NCBI GenBank assembly: GCA_951406725.2 | Contig: OX597820.1 | Span: forward strand, 68,572,001-68,636,000 | Direction: 5' to 3' | Source: Octopus vulgaris | Lineage: Eukaryota | Length of the DNA stretch: 64,000 bases | Shown here: positions 13,800 to 27,149 of the stretch, one piece after another | How positions within the stretch are numbered: the stretch's first letter is position 1 | Layout: every line of letters starts with the position of its first letter | Notes under the pieces: generated by a model | Told to the model about the DNA's origin: nothing | Database searches by the model: none | Seen by the model: only the letters and a program-made list of their open reading frames with translations | Position numbers and translations under genes: made by a program

Positions 13800-14012
13800 G
13801 TCATGCTGAAGTGCATGAACTTCTTGCCAGTTCTAAATGTCCATAGACATAGAAACGCCTCAGGCAATAAGGGTCATAAGAGCTTATAAGAGAATCTTCA
13901 AAGAGAACAATGAAATCATCAAAAACCACAATATCTCGTACTTCTTGATCCGATAAAGCCATTTGAAACCAAACTATAATCATAATAGGTCTCAGTAAGG
14001 TATTTACCAAAA
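13800..14012 (+). pseudogene. Decayed Gypsy RT-RNaseH linker relic
   Basis: PQYLVLLDPIKPFET and IGLSKVFT resemble P.L..FDP.KPF...GLGAVL. Confidence 0.3.
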
Positions 14013-14562
14013 TTGGTTGGTTTGTTTATCTTTGTAGTTTTTATCTTATTTCTCACCACTTCTTTGTATTGATCATAACGTCATTGCATGTTTGAAATAA
14101 CTTAGCTTTGATATGGAAAATATAACAAGACAGGAGTGCATCTTGATATGAATGTTATTTGATATAATACAGTCGTATGCACGTGAAATGTCACAACTGA
14201 AAAAGAGAATATCTCATTGATACCTACTTATATATATCCAAAGTGACACTGGTGTTTATTCATCTGCTGACAAGAAGTTTTTCTGAACCTGATTTATAGA
14301 TCTAAGGATGGACAGCATTTTCCACTATACTGTACCGTGATTAAGTATCATAATAGGCTAAACTTGTCATCTCTTCTGCATCTTTCATAATTTCGTATAA
14401 GGGTAATAACACTTACCTTCTTAGCTTGTTAAAAGAAATTTCTTTCCATTAACACACTTCATAAAATTGGATTGAAATCCCTAGTTTAATACGATATAAT
14501 GTATAATTTTTCATAGACACACACAGACACACACAGACACATACATATATATTTATATGTGC

Positions 14563-14635
<73 letters not shown>

Positions 14636-14640
<5 letters not shown>

Positions 14641-14847
14641 TCGCCATGTTGATTCGTTAGCTACTGCACGCATTTTTTCTCTCCTTCTTTCTGTGTTTTT
14701 CTCTCTCTGTGTATCTTTCTGTTGAAGAGCGTAGGCTCGAAACGTTAAAGACTTGTTTTATTTATATTACCTGAGCGCCATACTAATACAATTGTTCGTT
14801 TGTTTTCCACCTGCCTTCGTCTTTTGTTTATTTTCATAAAGCTTCCC

Positions 14848-14850
<3 letters not shown>
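14636..14850 (+). mobile_element. Short (TA)n-flanked element with hammerhead-like motif (Penelope-like terminal repeat)
   Basis: tcttt-CTGTTGA-A-GAGC-gtag-GCTC-GAAA-CG-TT-aaaga at 14714-14751. Confidence 0.55.
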
Positions 14851-14919
<69 letters not shown>

Positions 14920-15749
14920 GTATTTGTATAGATACACACATAGCACACATCACATACACATACATATGCGTATATGTATATATATGTATATTACATGCAT
15001 ACACATACAAGCATACTGTGGTGAGCTGAATTGGATATTTTATCAAAATTTATAATCGTAAATGAAAACAGCAATGTAAAAATTCAATAACGTTAAGCAA
15101 AATTGTTTTCGAAAGACACAAGGGTGAGAACTTCTAAAATTTGAACTGATGTAAAAGGAAATGAAAATACACATTGAAATATACCGCTTCAGCCATTTTA
15201 GTCCTAGTATCCCGGCATGATATAAAATCATTAAAGATTATTTTCTACCTCCAATATTAATTAATGAAGATCCGAAATTTAGAATGCCTACAGTTTGTAC
15301 TATCTATTCGAATATTTTCACTTTATTTTCACACAAAAAGTATATCTTCTAATAATTTTTAAGGCCTTCTTAAATGCATTTTCGTTATGGTTTTCTGGTG
15401 AAACGTAATAAAACTGATATATGTTGTGTTCAATACAAAAAAAAAAAAAAAAAAGCGAAAAAGACGCATTTTGTCAGCATAGACACGCAAATTTTCTTGC
15501 ATTATAATTTCGCAAGTTCTCTTCCTTGCAAATATCGAAAGCAATTTTCGTTAGAGTCAATGACATTTCTTCGCACTACAGATTTGATTTCAATTGTTAT
15601 CTTTGGTTTACTACCTTATTTTCTCTTAGCTTAGTCAGGAGAGTAAACTCTCTTATCTGAAATTTCCTGTATAAGAAATTCTGAAGAAATTTCCTAATGT
15701 ATATCTCTTTATGTATGTATGCCTCTTCTATTTTTTAATTATTATAAAT

Positions 15750-16490
15750 CTTCCACTGAGGAAGGCGCCGGTTTCCAACAAAGATACAAGGCTCTATCTT
15801 TGGGATGTAGTTAACACAAATTCACACTTGGAGCTTGGGAAAAGTCTTACATATTTTTACTGTTCTACTCACAGTTTGGACTTGTAATGTATGAGTCAGC
15901 CGGTCAATTTCTCTTTCTGGAAATCCCAGTTTATCTAGATTCTCCTTTAAACACTTACTAACAAAATGTAGTGCTCCAATTATTATTGGTATGGATATGA
16001 ATTCATAGTCTGAATATAGAAGCTGGAGCTTTCGAAGTTGTCCATAGATAACACCCTTCTCTTTGATTTTCAAAGAAATATTTATATCTACAGGGCAGCT
16101 AACCTCTATGGTGAGACACACTTTTGCCCCTTGTCCCAAACAACTGTATCCGGCCTGTTATGCCTACATTTGACAGAAGTTTTGATGGGAATATTCCACC
16201 AGTATTCCTTGAGTTGATGTTTATGAATGTATTTCATAACAGAGGGGTTTTTTACGTTTATTTCAAGACAGTCTTTTTTTGCGGATGGCATTCTAAATTG
16301 TTTTAGCAACAGCATCGTGCCGCATTGGGAGATAGTACCGTGACGACATTTAAGGATAGCTGTTAATTCCATGCATAGTATCTTCCACAGAAACATGACA
16401 TAGCCTACAAATGCGGTTGCGCTTTGAGATTACAAGAGCGTCACTGTCTCTCTTGTTCAACAGGTTCTTTGTTGTAATCTCCTGTACCTG
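15750..16490 (-). mobile_element. R4/Dong-type LINE 3' end (restriction-like endonuclease)
   Basis: CRLC..EDTMH, RHDAVA, KCRHNRPDTVVWDK, TIEVSCPVD.N, IPIIIGAL; frameshifted. Confidence 0.85.
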
Positions 16491-16579
16491 TATGTATGCA
16501 TGCATGCGTGTATGTATGTGTGTATGTATGCGTGTATGTATGTATGTGTGTATGTATGCATGTGTGTATGTATGTATGT

Positions 16580-17500
16580 CATTATTCAGTTATATTTCAA
16601 AATTTAATGCCAATACAGAAAGAGCTGGTTTCTAACCTAGATCCAAGGCTCCTCCACTGGAATTTCAACAACATCCACAGGGTATTTTTTGTATGTATGT
16701 ATACCCGCAGATTTGTATGGTTTGCTTTATGTATGTTTTTTCATGCATATAGTTGTATATGTAGACACGCTCATATACACATAAATGATAAACATCTGGA
16801 AAGTTTTACAGAATTTTACAGTTCCAATGATGGAATGGATCTGTAGTCTTCGAATCAGACTCCTCTTTTGTTGTTTCTGAAGACTGGTATTTAGACAGTG
16901 TGCTACATATCCTAGTGCCCCAATAATAACAGGTATAAACACGGACTTGTAATCTGAAGATTTCTCAATAATTCGACGTAGGTATTCTATTTTTCACTGA
17001 TCTTCCACATTTTGTTAACATCCGCTGGGTAGCTGATTTCCACGACTGTACACAGTTTCTTTTCTTTATCGCAAATCACTATATCAGGTCTATCGTATTT
17101 ACATTTTATTGAGGCCTTCACTGGTACATTCCACAGTATTTCTATTTATTATGAGTGGCTATGGATTCTACCCTACTGTGGGTTGTTATTTCTTTGTCCT
17201 CTGGTTTATCCTTCCGACGGATTTTATTATATAGTGTCCTCGCTCCAGCATCATGTCTCATTGATAAATAATACTGTAATGATATCTGCTTATGATGTGA
17301 GTGATGTTTTCAGTGTTAACTCCGCAAAGTCTGCAAAGGTTGTCACATTTTACTGCTTTTCCTGCATATCTGCATCGGATATTTGGCTGATATTTCCTGT
17401 TCCTGGATTGCAAACGCATACCCTTCACAGTGGAAGGTTGTAATCCGGTTGTGGGTTCATGATAGACTGCTCTGATGATCAAAGTTACTATCATCTAAGA
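16580..17500 (-). mobile_element. Second R4/Dong-type LINE 3' end
   Basis: CRLCGVNTENITHIIS, FIPVIIGALGYV, LQIHSIIGTVKFCKTF; 3' UTR abuts (CATA)n. Confidence 0.85.
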
Positions 17501-17639
17501 GCTTTCTACTAACATGTAAGTATATATTTATGTATGTATGTATGTATGTATGTATGTATGTATGTATGTATGTATGTATGTATGTATGTATGTATGTATG
17601 GGATGGAGGCATAAGTTATTGTTAGTGGTGGTTTAGTAT

Positions 17640-19436
17640 TGGGATCGATGTAATCCACTTGCACGCTCCCTTGAAATTGCTAGTCTTTGTGTAATTAGTT
17701 CCCAGAGATTGTTCCTGGGCGCAGTACATCTTTTCAGATAACTTTTTCTGAGTCATTTCCAAGTGTTCATCTTGTCTTTTCCTTCCATTTCTCTGAGGTA
17801 TTGCCCATGTAGTGGTTTCACTTTCCCCTTGTATACTTATTCTTCTTCATCTTGTTTCTTAAATGTTTGTGGGTGCATCGCATTTTCGGTAGCTATTATG
17901 TTATTAATTCTAATAGCGGCAAGCAAGGATTTAGTCTGCTGTTTGAGGTACCATCCCAGACTGTTCTTCTCACTGAGAACACAGATCTTGCATCCAATAA
18001 GTCCTCTTCCACTCTTGTTTCTAGGCACGCACAGTCTTTCAGTATTGCTTTTGGGGTGTAGTTCCTGTCCAGTTCCTCAAGCTCGTTCTTTGTCCACCTA
18101 AAAACACATGCGTCGTATTGCGTTAAGGAAACAGCCCATGAGTTCATTACCTTGATTTTGTTGCTTCCATTGATTCTACTTCCCATATTTTAACTTGGTT
18201 CTTCTGAGATATTCTCGCCTAAAGCTTTCCTTCATTTCACTTTCCTTGATTTTGCCGTATTCTAAAATCCCCAGATATTTATTTTCATTAGTCTCAATAT
18301 ATTCACTTTTCTCGCCTTTGGGCAGCTCTACACCATCAGCGGCCACTACTTTGCCTTTTTGTATTATAAGTGTACCACATTTTTTAGTCCCAAATTCCAT
18401 TCCATATCGTTACTGAATATCTGCACTGTTGAAACAAGGCCATTTATTTCCTTTTCGGTCTTTCCGAAGATCTCTGAATCATCCATACATAACAGATGAT
18501 TTAATTTTCCTCCACTTTTCAAAATTTACCCCGATGTCACTTTCCGTATTATCTTCGTGAGGGGTATCATACAAATTACAAACAACAATGGTTGAAATAT
18601 ACTTCTCTTGATGTTAACCGTCGCCAAACATTTTCCGCATGAAGTTAACTCTGTATTCCATTTTTTCATTGATCTAATAAAATTATCAGACATCTGTACA
18701 GCTCAAGACTTTCTAAAATCCTTTATTGGGGGACCATGTCATACGCTTTTTTATAACAGATTCACACCATCCCCAGATTAGCAAGTCTATTTTTTCAGTC
18801 GTTCAGTACCATTCTGTCTAGCATAAGTTGGTTTTGGTCCCTCGGCTTCTCCTTCTGCACTCTTTCTGTTCAACTGGCAGTTTGCCATTCATTTCCAGGA
18901 AGTTATACACATAATTAGATATTATTCCTATTATTAGCTTCCACATCAGGAGCAGACAGGTGATCATTTTGGCAAACAATTGTTTTACTTGTGGTCAGCC
19001 ACTTTAGGATTTGTACACCGTTGTTGATCATTTTATCAATTTGCGTGTCTATTCTTCTGTTTAGTCCTGGGAAATTTTCCAGTCAATGTCTTTGCACCCA
19101 ATCCGGTGCTGGGCATTCCCAGTTTGGGATCTTTGTTGTCTGTTCTGTTACCTTTTCAGCGGTTATCCTAGGTTATTGCTCTGCTTCATTTCATATTTTA
19201 TCGACCTTAATTCCTTCAATCATTTGTTATGCTTTCTTCCATTATCCAAGATGCTATTCTAAAACATTTTACTTTCTTCAGCGTCTGATCTCTCATTGCT
19301 GTTAATCTTTCCATTCAGCTGTTGATAAAATCTTTTCTTGTCCTGTTGGAACAATTTGTTGATTTTATATTGTTCAATTCTTTGGTCTTATCTGTTGATC
19401 TTTGTCGCTTTAGCCTGCAATCTTTGTACTTTAAGG
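17640..19436 (-). mobile_element. R4/Dong-type LINE reverse transcriptase fragment
   Basis: HLLCMDD, MEFGTKKCGTL, KYLGILE, NKIKVMNSWAVS, PRNKSGRGL; many stops. Abuts a (TAA)n array. Confidence 0.85.
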
Positions 19437-19487
19437 TTTATTATTATTATTATCATCATCATCATCATCATTATATGCTTTACGGCG

Positions 19488-19552
<65 letters not shown>

Positions 19553-19595
19553 TAACAACAACAACAATAATAATAATAATTATTATTATTATTAT
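19437..19595. repeat. Compound (TTA)/(CAT)/(TAA)n microsatellite
   Basis: Read directly from sequence. Confidence 0.95.
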
Positions 19596-19783
19596 ACATA
19601 CCCATACTCACACACACACACTCATAATCACACACACACCTAAATATACATATATATATATGTATGCACTCGCGATTTTAGATCCATTTTCCTGTCCCTA
19701 TTACCAAACATATCTACATATGTCTATATACTTACGTATCTATCTATCACCCTCTCTGCTCCCTCCCTCTCTCCCCCTCTCTC

Positions 19784-19827
<44 letters not shown>

Positions 19828-19867
19828 CGCGTGTGTGTGTGTGTGTTTGTGTGTGTATACTGTGTAA

Positions 19868-20431
19868 TTATAGGGGTAAGAAATTAGAAACATTTATTAC
19901 CAGTGGTTCACATGCGTAATAAATGTCAGAAGACAACACATTTTCATATATAAGAGTGTATAATGATTTATATACAAAGAGAAAACCCTTGACAGGGCTT
20001 CTTATATGCTAAAAAGGGCAGTTCAACACAAACCACGAAAAAAATAATTCTAAAGTGACGCCGATAATGGTACTAGACTAAAAATATATTATTATTAGTT
20101 AATCCGATACTCGAGATTCCCTATTAATGACCGAATAAATTAATTTGCATCCGTAGTTCATCAGTGGGATGTCTAAATCAATGCATGATTATTTCGCTTA
20201 ATACGTACAGAAAAAAAAACACATGCGATCCCACTGATGAACTACGGATGACAAATTAATGTACTCGGTCATTAATAAGGAAACTCGAGCATGGGGTTAA
20301 CTACGAATAAGTTTTTTTTCATTTTAGTACCATTATCGGTGTGCCTTTAGAATAAATTCTTTCGTGGTTTGGAATTCACTGCCTATCTTAGCATGTAAGT
20401 AGTCCTGTCAATGGTCTTCTCTCTGTCTATA
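19868..20431. mobile_element. Fold-back element with about 200-bp arms, each carrying a hammerhead motif
   Basis: Arms 19969-20170 and 20228-20431, with inner CATCCGTAGTTCATCAGTGGGAT perfectly inverted. AGGGGT...ACCAGTGGT leader. Confidence 0.8.
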
Positions 20432-20443
20432 GATCTTTATACA

Positions 20444-20514
<71 letters not shown>

Positions 20515-20992
20515 GTATATACATATATTGAATTCGTTTTGTCAATGTCGTTTTTATTTCTACACCACACTCCTTATATTGGTTTTGTCAATTTTATTTT
20601 GAGTACCCAAGATATGAAGTAAACCAGTTTAATTGATATATTTCTAAAACGAATAACGCACGAATTATCTAAAGATCGAGATAAGTTAGTAAGTTATAAG
20701 CATCAACCTTCTAGGGCATCAATATCTTTATATGATGTCAATCTATAAGATGGAGATGTACCTGTGTGGAGAAGAAACACATTAGTCGTAAGTGGCACGT
20801 TATGTTTTGAAAAGAAGTGGCAATGAAGCATACGCAAACGTGAATACATACATTGATATTATTTGTGTATGAGTGCGCGCAGATAAATAAATGAATGTAA
20901 ATATTTATATGTAGGAATACTACCTGTATAAATGTGTGTGTATATATATATGTACATACGTATGTGTGTATGTCTATATATATATGTATATG

Positions 20993-21060
<68 letters not shown>

Positions 21061-21910
21061 TGTGTGTGTGTGTGTGTGTGTATGTGCATGTATATTTCTG
21101 TGGATATCTATATCTACCTATGTACATACACACACATATATATATGCATGCTATATGATCCTTATCTAAGCCAGCATATTATTTCTACAATATATATTTC
21201 TATATAGTGAAAAAAAGAAGACGTATATTTTATTCCTTCTAAATTAAGCTAAGAAAACGTGTCTTAATAATTATATCTTTTCTGAAAGGGGGAAAAACAA
21301 AAGAAAAAAAATTCTATCGGTTACCAAGCAGTAAGATATCCATTGCATATTGTCTTGATTAAATATGGACATAGATTAAAACAAAAGTTAAATAGGAATA
21401 AATAAGAGACAATTGATGACATTATTATACTACAGAAATAACAAACTCTATATTTAGAAACCTGATTTTGGTGAGTATAATCGATATTTCTAACGATAAG
21501 TTGACCAAGGGAACCGCTAAAATGAGATGCGTATTCCTGATGGGTCTGCTGTGAAGTAAGACACACTTACGATACATAACTGTCATGATTCGGTTATTTT
21601 GAGCGTAGATTCTAATACAAATTAGAATTTTTTTCCTGGAGGTTGCTAGCTCTCTGATGAAGTCAAGTATCATGGGAAATATAATTCTTCATATAAAGAA
21701 GTCCTTTATAAAGAGGCATAAGAAGCGTTGAATAAAAGAGAAACAAATATATTGTGTTCTGTGTGGGAATACTGGATGCAGTTTGGATAAGGTATGGCCA
21801 AATGAGGTTCGTGACGTAATATTCGACTCCCTCTCTCTTTCTCTCTGTCTCTCTCCATATATACATATATACACGTAAGCGTACATAGATACACACACAC
21901 ACATATATAT

Positions 21911-21963
<53 letters not shown>

Positions 21964-22010
21964 TACATATGTATATAGGCATATATGAATACAACTATCT
22001 GTCAATCTAT

Positions 22011-22057
<47 letters not shown>

Positions 22058-22149
22058 TTTTAAGATACTTATAATTTATTTGTCAACAATAATAACGATT
22101 TTCTCAAGTTTGTTGTGTATGATTCTTAATGTATGGGAATTGATTATCT

Positions 22150-23460
22150 GATTTATTTTCAGATTGACTATTCTGTTTGAAAATTAGAAGCACTACAAAC
22201 ATGGTCTGATCTCTTTTAAAATATCCTTTAGAGTGATGAAGTGGTATTCCATATCGGTGGGTTTGTGAACCCTCACAACTGCAACTACTGGGCTGGAGAG
22301 AATCCTCGTATTACCTCTGATAAAAGCAGAATCAGCACAAGGTTACGGTATGGTGTGGAATGACTTCGGACAAGATTGTAGGTCTTTTCATCCTTTGCAG
22401 TACCATGAATTCTGAAAGCTACCTCATCGTGCTGCAGGATGAAATGTAGCCAGCTATCAGCACTCGGGAGAATATTGAAGATTTGATGTTTGTGCAAGGT
22501 GGCGCTACTCCATATTTTGCTATTGTTGTTCATAAATGGTTGGAAGATTCCCACTTCCCTCAGAGATGGATGGATCGTCGAAGTCAGCATGATTAGCTGG
22601 TCAGAAGCCCTGATTCCACACCCTTCGACTTTTTCTTTGGGACTGGTTAAAGGAGCAAATCTACTCTAACAAACCAACAAATTCGGAAGAACTTGAAAGG
22701 CGAATACGCAAGAGTTCCTAATGAAACCGGTTGATGCGGTTCCCGGGCGGGCTGGGGAACTGGTGGCGAATGCTGCTGCCTATATGGAATTTTAAATAAA
22801 ACTCCATGCTTTCTTCATATTTTTCTTACAAGTTTCAGTTGAAAGCTGTGGCCATGCTGGGGCACAGCCGTTTTGCTACACTGTTATTATTGAGAACCTC
22901 CTCTGATTATTGACATTTGGTGAATAAGGGAGTTTGATGTCACTACTCTCATTTACGCCTCCTGTCGCGAAGTAGGTACATCTGGGACTCTCGATAGGAA
23001 GTGATCCAGTTTTGATTTGAAAACACCTGCATCCACTTAGTGTAGGTCTCACTCTTTGGGAGAATATTAAAAAGATGTGGGCCCCTGAAACCCAGGCTGT
23101 TGCAGTAACTGGTCCTGATGCGCAACGGCATTGCTGGAATCTTTGGCATTGTGCAGTAGCGACAAGTTCTGGCATTTTTGTAGCTTTCAATGCCAAAATT
23201 TGGCACAATCCCTTCCAGGATCTTCTAGATGTATTTTACTGCATAACTTTCCCGCCTTCGCTTTAAAGAGTAGAGTCGTTGCTGCTTCAGCCTTTCCCAG
23301 TAGCTGAGCTGTTGCAGTGAGACGATTTTCTTTGTGAAGCTTCGCTGGATTGCTTCAAGATCCGCTGTTAATTATATATTTACTTTTTCTAAAAATTATA
23401 GTTAATAAATAAATTATTAGTATTTTAAAATAGGGAGTTACTTTTCAATACCCCTGCATA
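22150..23460 (+). mobile_element. Decayed rosa (DD41D-like) Tc1-mariner interrupted by a CR1 LINE
   Basis: MFVQGGATPYFA..KWL..HFPQRWM.R....RSPDSTPFDFF, then WLKEQIYS after a frameshift. TIR-like gttacttttcaatacccctgca|ta near 23460. Confidence 0.75.
22825..23372 (-). mobile_element. CR1-group LINE 3' fragment nested in the rosa-like element
   Basis: PKIPAMPLRIRTSYCNSLGFRGPHLFNILPK and tail GTGCCCCAGCATGGCCACAG. Confidence 0.85.
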
Positions 23461-24214
23461 TTTATATGTACGTACATAAAACTAAATTTTAAACTGATAT
23501 GAATATATCTTTATATTTTATTCGCTCACAGAATAAAGAAGAATGTTTGACATGCATTTTTCTGTTCATACAGCAATCAGGAGTTTGCAAGTAATTCTCT
23601 AATCTTTCAATCCATAAAGAGAGCTCACAAGAATTAATAAATTTAATTTAATTCCACACAAAAAAGAAATTATTTGGAATAACTAGACAAATTAGCACGT
23701 AGCGCATTTATTGACGGTATGATTATGTAATTAGCATCTTTTTTATGTACAGTATAAACTAGAGTTTTCCACGCATCCTCTGTGAATGACTAATCAGAAG
23801 TAAAGAAACCCTGTTCTGATTCTGACTCAAAGAATAATATACGATTTTACCCTGACATGTTTTTTAGCGCCTTGGTCACTCCTCAGTGAGTAAAATATAC
23901 TTCCATCTTTTTCCATCGCTACTTAAATCAAACACAAACTAGAAATTTGCACACACACAGATACACACACACACACATACAAACTCATACATATACATAT
24001 ATATATTTTTTATACCCATAGATTTATTACAGAAAATTAGACCTTCCCATACATCTTTGTACTCTACTACTCTTTAGTGTATTTTATCTTGCCTTATTTT
24101 ATTATATTTCATTTCACCTTCCTTTACCTTCCTACCTTCTACTAACTGCACTACTGTTATCTTACTATATGTATGACATAATGTAATATTGAATATATGT
24201 ATATAAATATAACT

Positions 24215-24493
24215 TTAAAATGAGGGTGAAAAATTGGATGTTAATTTAATTAACATGAATTTAACACCAGTGGTCTAGCATATAAAAATCTGAAAGTTCA
24301 GTAAATTGTATTATATACATAAGAGAGGGATGACCACTATGTGGGAAACCCTTATGCTTGAAGAAGAACCGCTATGGTCTTACCACTAAGAAACGATCTG
24401 GTGTTTGCTAAATTTTTCGTGAGAACATTTCTTAGCGGTAAGACCATAGCGGATCTACTTCTAGCAGAAGGGTTTTCCACATAGTGGTCGTTC

Positions 24494-24500
<7 letters not shown>
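24215..24500. mobile_element. Fold-back element with about 71-bp arms
   Basis: Arms 24323-24393 and 24428-24498 with about 8 mismatches. AGGGT...ACCAGTGGT leader; followed by (TA)n. Confidence 0.75.
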
Positions 24501-24541
<41 letters not shown>

Positions 24542-24844
24542 ACTAACATTTGTGACTCTGTTGGTTATTCTGAGGTTGTTAAATCTAATTGAGATAAATG
24601 AATAAAAGGGAACGGAATTTTAGATTTTTAGTATATTGGACTTGGTTAGCAACATGTGTCTCACCTGACAGACAGTTAATAAAAATTTCAAGCAATCTAT
24701 GACTCATGTCAGGAACAATTCCTTACCAACTATATGATCACGCATTTGTCTGTCCCTTGTGGATGCTCCTTCGTTTAATAGTTAAAACTTCCTCGTCACG
24801 AATTTGTGACGTGGAAGGTTGTATTTTGTGTGTTTCGGATTATC

Positions 24845-25552
24845 TTGAGAATGGAGAGCTCAAAAGAACATTATCGATGCTGCATACTTTTTTTTTACTT
24901 TAAAAGAGTTACCAAATCGACGCAAAACTTCAGAGAGGTATGTGATATTTGTGCGGAGGGGAGTTTTCAAGATGTCGATCGGGAAATTTTTCGGTTCAAG
25001 ACACACTTTAGTCTGATAAGCCAACTGAGATTAATAGCGACAACAAATCCCGTTATATGACCAGCGGTGTCGCAGATATTTCATAAATATACAGATAGAG
25101 TGTTGAAGACCATTTGCATCAAATCCGTTTTGCCAGCATCAACTGGACAAAGCTAACCTCGCCCAGCATATTTCTATTTGCGATTCATTGCAGAAACGTG
25201 AGGAAAACAATTCTTTCTAGAAGATAATGTTAACAGAGACGACAAATGGATCTTCTATAACAATATAAAGCGCACACAATGAGACCGGAAACTCGGGAAA
25301 CCCCCACAACCAATATCTAAAGCAGGAGTTGACCTGAACAAAGGTTGTGTTTTCAGTTTTGTGAGATTAAAATTTTTCACCAGTAAAACCAATAAGTTTT
25401 TTAGTATGACCGAATGGATCTGCCCAGGTGATCTGCCTAGAAGTTACTGGAACGAAATGGTGATTATATCATTGATTGAATATATCACATTGTGTTTAAA
25501 ACTTGAGTCTTAAAAAAAAGAATCGTACGGATTCTTTGGCTAACCAAATATA
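24845..25552 (+). mobile_element. Decayed, internally deleted mariner
   Basis: MESSKEHYRCCILF, later TEDDKW-like (acagagacgacaaatgg); TIR-like ggattctttggctaaccaaata end. Confidence 0.6.
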
Positions 25553-26247
25553 TTGCTCTTTATCCGCAAGAACGTTCAACTTATTCAGAAAAATATTTAT
25601 GAGAAATTGATAACGATGTAATAGTCTAAAGATCTATCTATTAATCTAATGTTAATATGATTGAAAATTCTAAATTAGAAAGAGAGCCAAGACAATTGAA
25701 AAATAAGCCAAATTATTAAACTAAATGAAATAATAGTGATTTAGGGAGATGTAGGCGATGTTCGAACTATATCAAAACAATTCTTAAATATATGTCTGAC
25801 GATGTAGAAATTTCTGGCGTTATCTCCACTGCTTACTTAATATAATTAGACACTTTCTACTGTAATGTGGATGGAATCCTCTCAGGAATTCATAAATAAA
25901 ATAGTCCCCAGAGACTAGTTCAGAGGACAAGTTATATTAATATGGAAGAGTAATGTTTCTCATTTATTTGCAAATATACAGCCACAGGCTGCAATAGGTT
26001 CGTATATTAACGCCACCTACTGTCGTCACCGCTGTACTTGTGTAAATATACGTGGTGTATACATACAGGTTTGCAACGCAGACACACTCATAGGGGCATG
26101 TCTACTAACATTCGTATATAAACATGCTCACACAAGTATATGTGTGCAAACGTTGGTACACACGCATTTGAACAATAGGCACTGCAGCTAGCAAAATGCA
26201 CGTGCTTCCATGCATAAATCTAATGTAAAAATTGAAATATATGTATA

Positions 26248-26342
<95 letters not shown>

Positions 26343-26756
26343 GCATGTATATATATGTATGTGTATATATATACGTATATATATATATATTTATACGTAT
26401 AGGTGTAATATTTATCAGATAAGTAGATGGTGAAATTGAATGAAGATGTAAAAGAAGGTAAGGTGAGTATATACATATGTATGCATGTACATACTTGTGT
26501 GTATGCATATAAATATAAACAGATATACATGGAAATGTCACACACATACATACAGAAACACACACATAATTGCTTTCAGAAATACCTACATACATGCATA
26601 CACGCATACATACAAATATGTGTAATTTACGAATATGCATGATAGAATATATGTATGTATATATACATACATATATATATATATATACATATATACATAC
26701 ACACTGACATGCTCTCAAAATTATATATATGCATTTCTTTTATTCTTATGTGTGTG

Positions 26757-26798
<42 letters not shown>

Positions 26799-27149
26799 TG
26801 TGTGTGTGTGTGTGCGGTATATATATTTTTTCATATCCAACAATTTATGTGAGTACTCTCTCAGCCCATTGTGTATATTAATATTTCTAATATCTCAAAT
26901 ACATACGGAGAAACACACACACACACTAATGTGCGTGCACATACTATTTTGTATAGGAGACAGTGTATCCGGTTAAATGCCTAAGTAATACTAGCTTGAT
27001 CTTCAGCTACGAATAATTAAGATTAAAATTAGTCATGTTGAACGAATGCGTTTTATTATTAAATTTAATGTAATAATTTTATTATTGATTGTCCCCCTCA
27101 CAAACTGGACTCTCTAATTCATGCCATGCAGAAATTCATCAAACTGATA

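Noticed and set aside
23869-23886. Possible 18-nt microexon (ttttag…|gtgagt)
   Set aside because: Too short to distinguish from chance without RNA data.
25795-25820. CTGACGA-TGTA-GAAA
   Set aside because: No supporting stems; likely chance.
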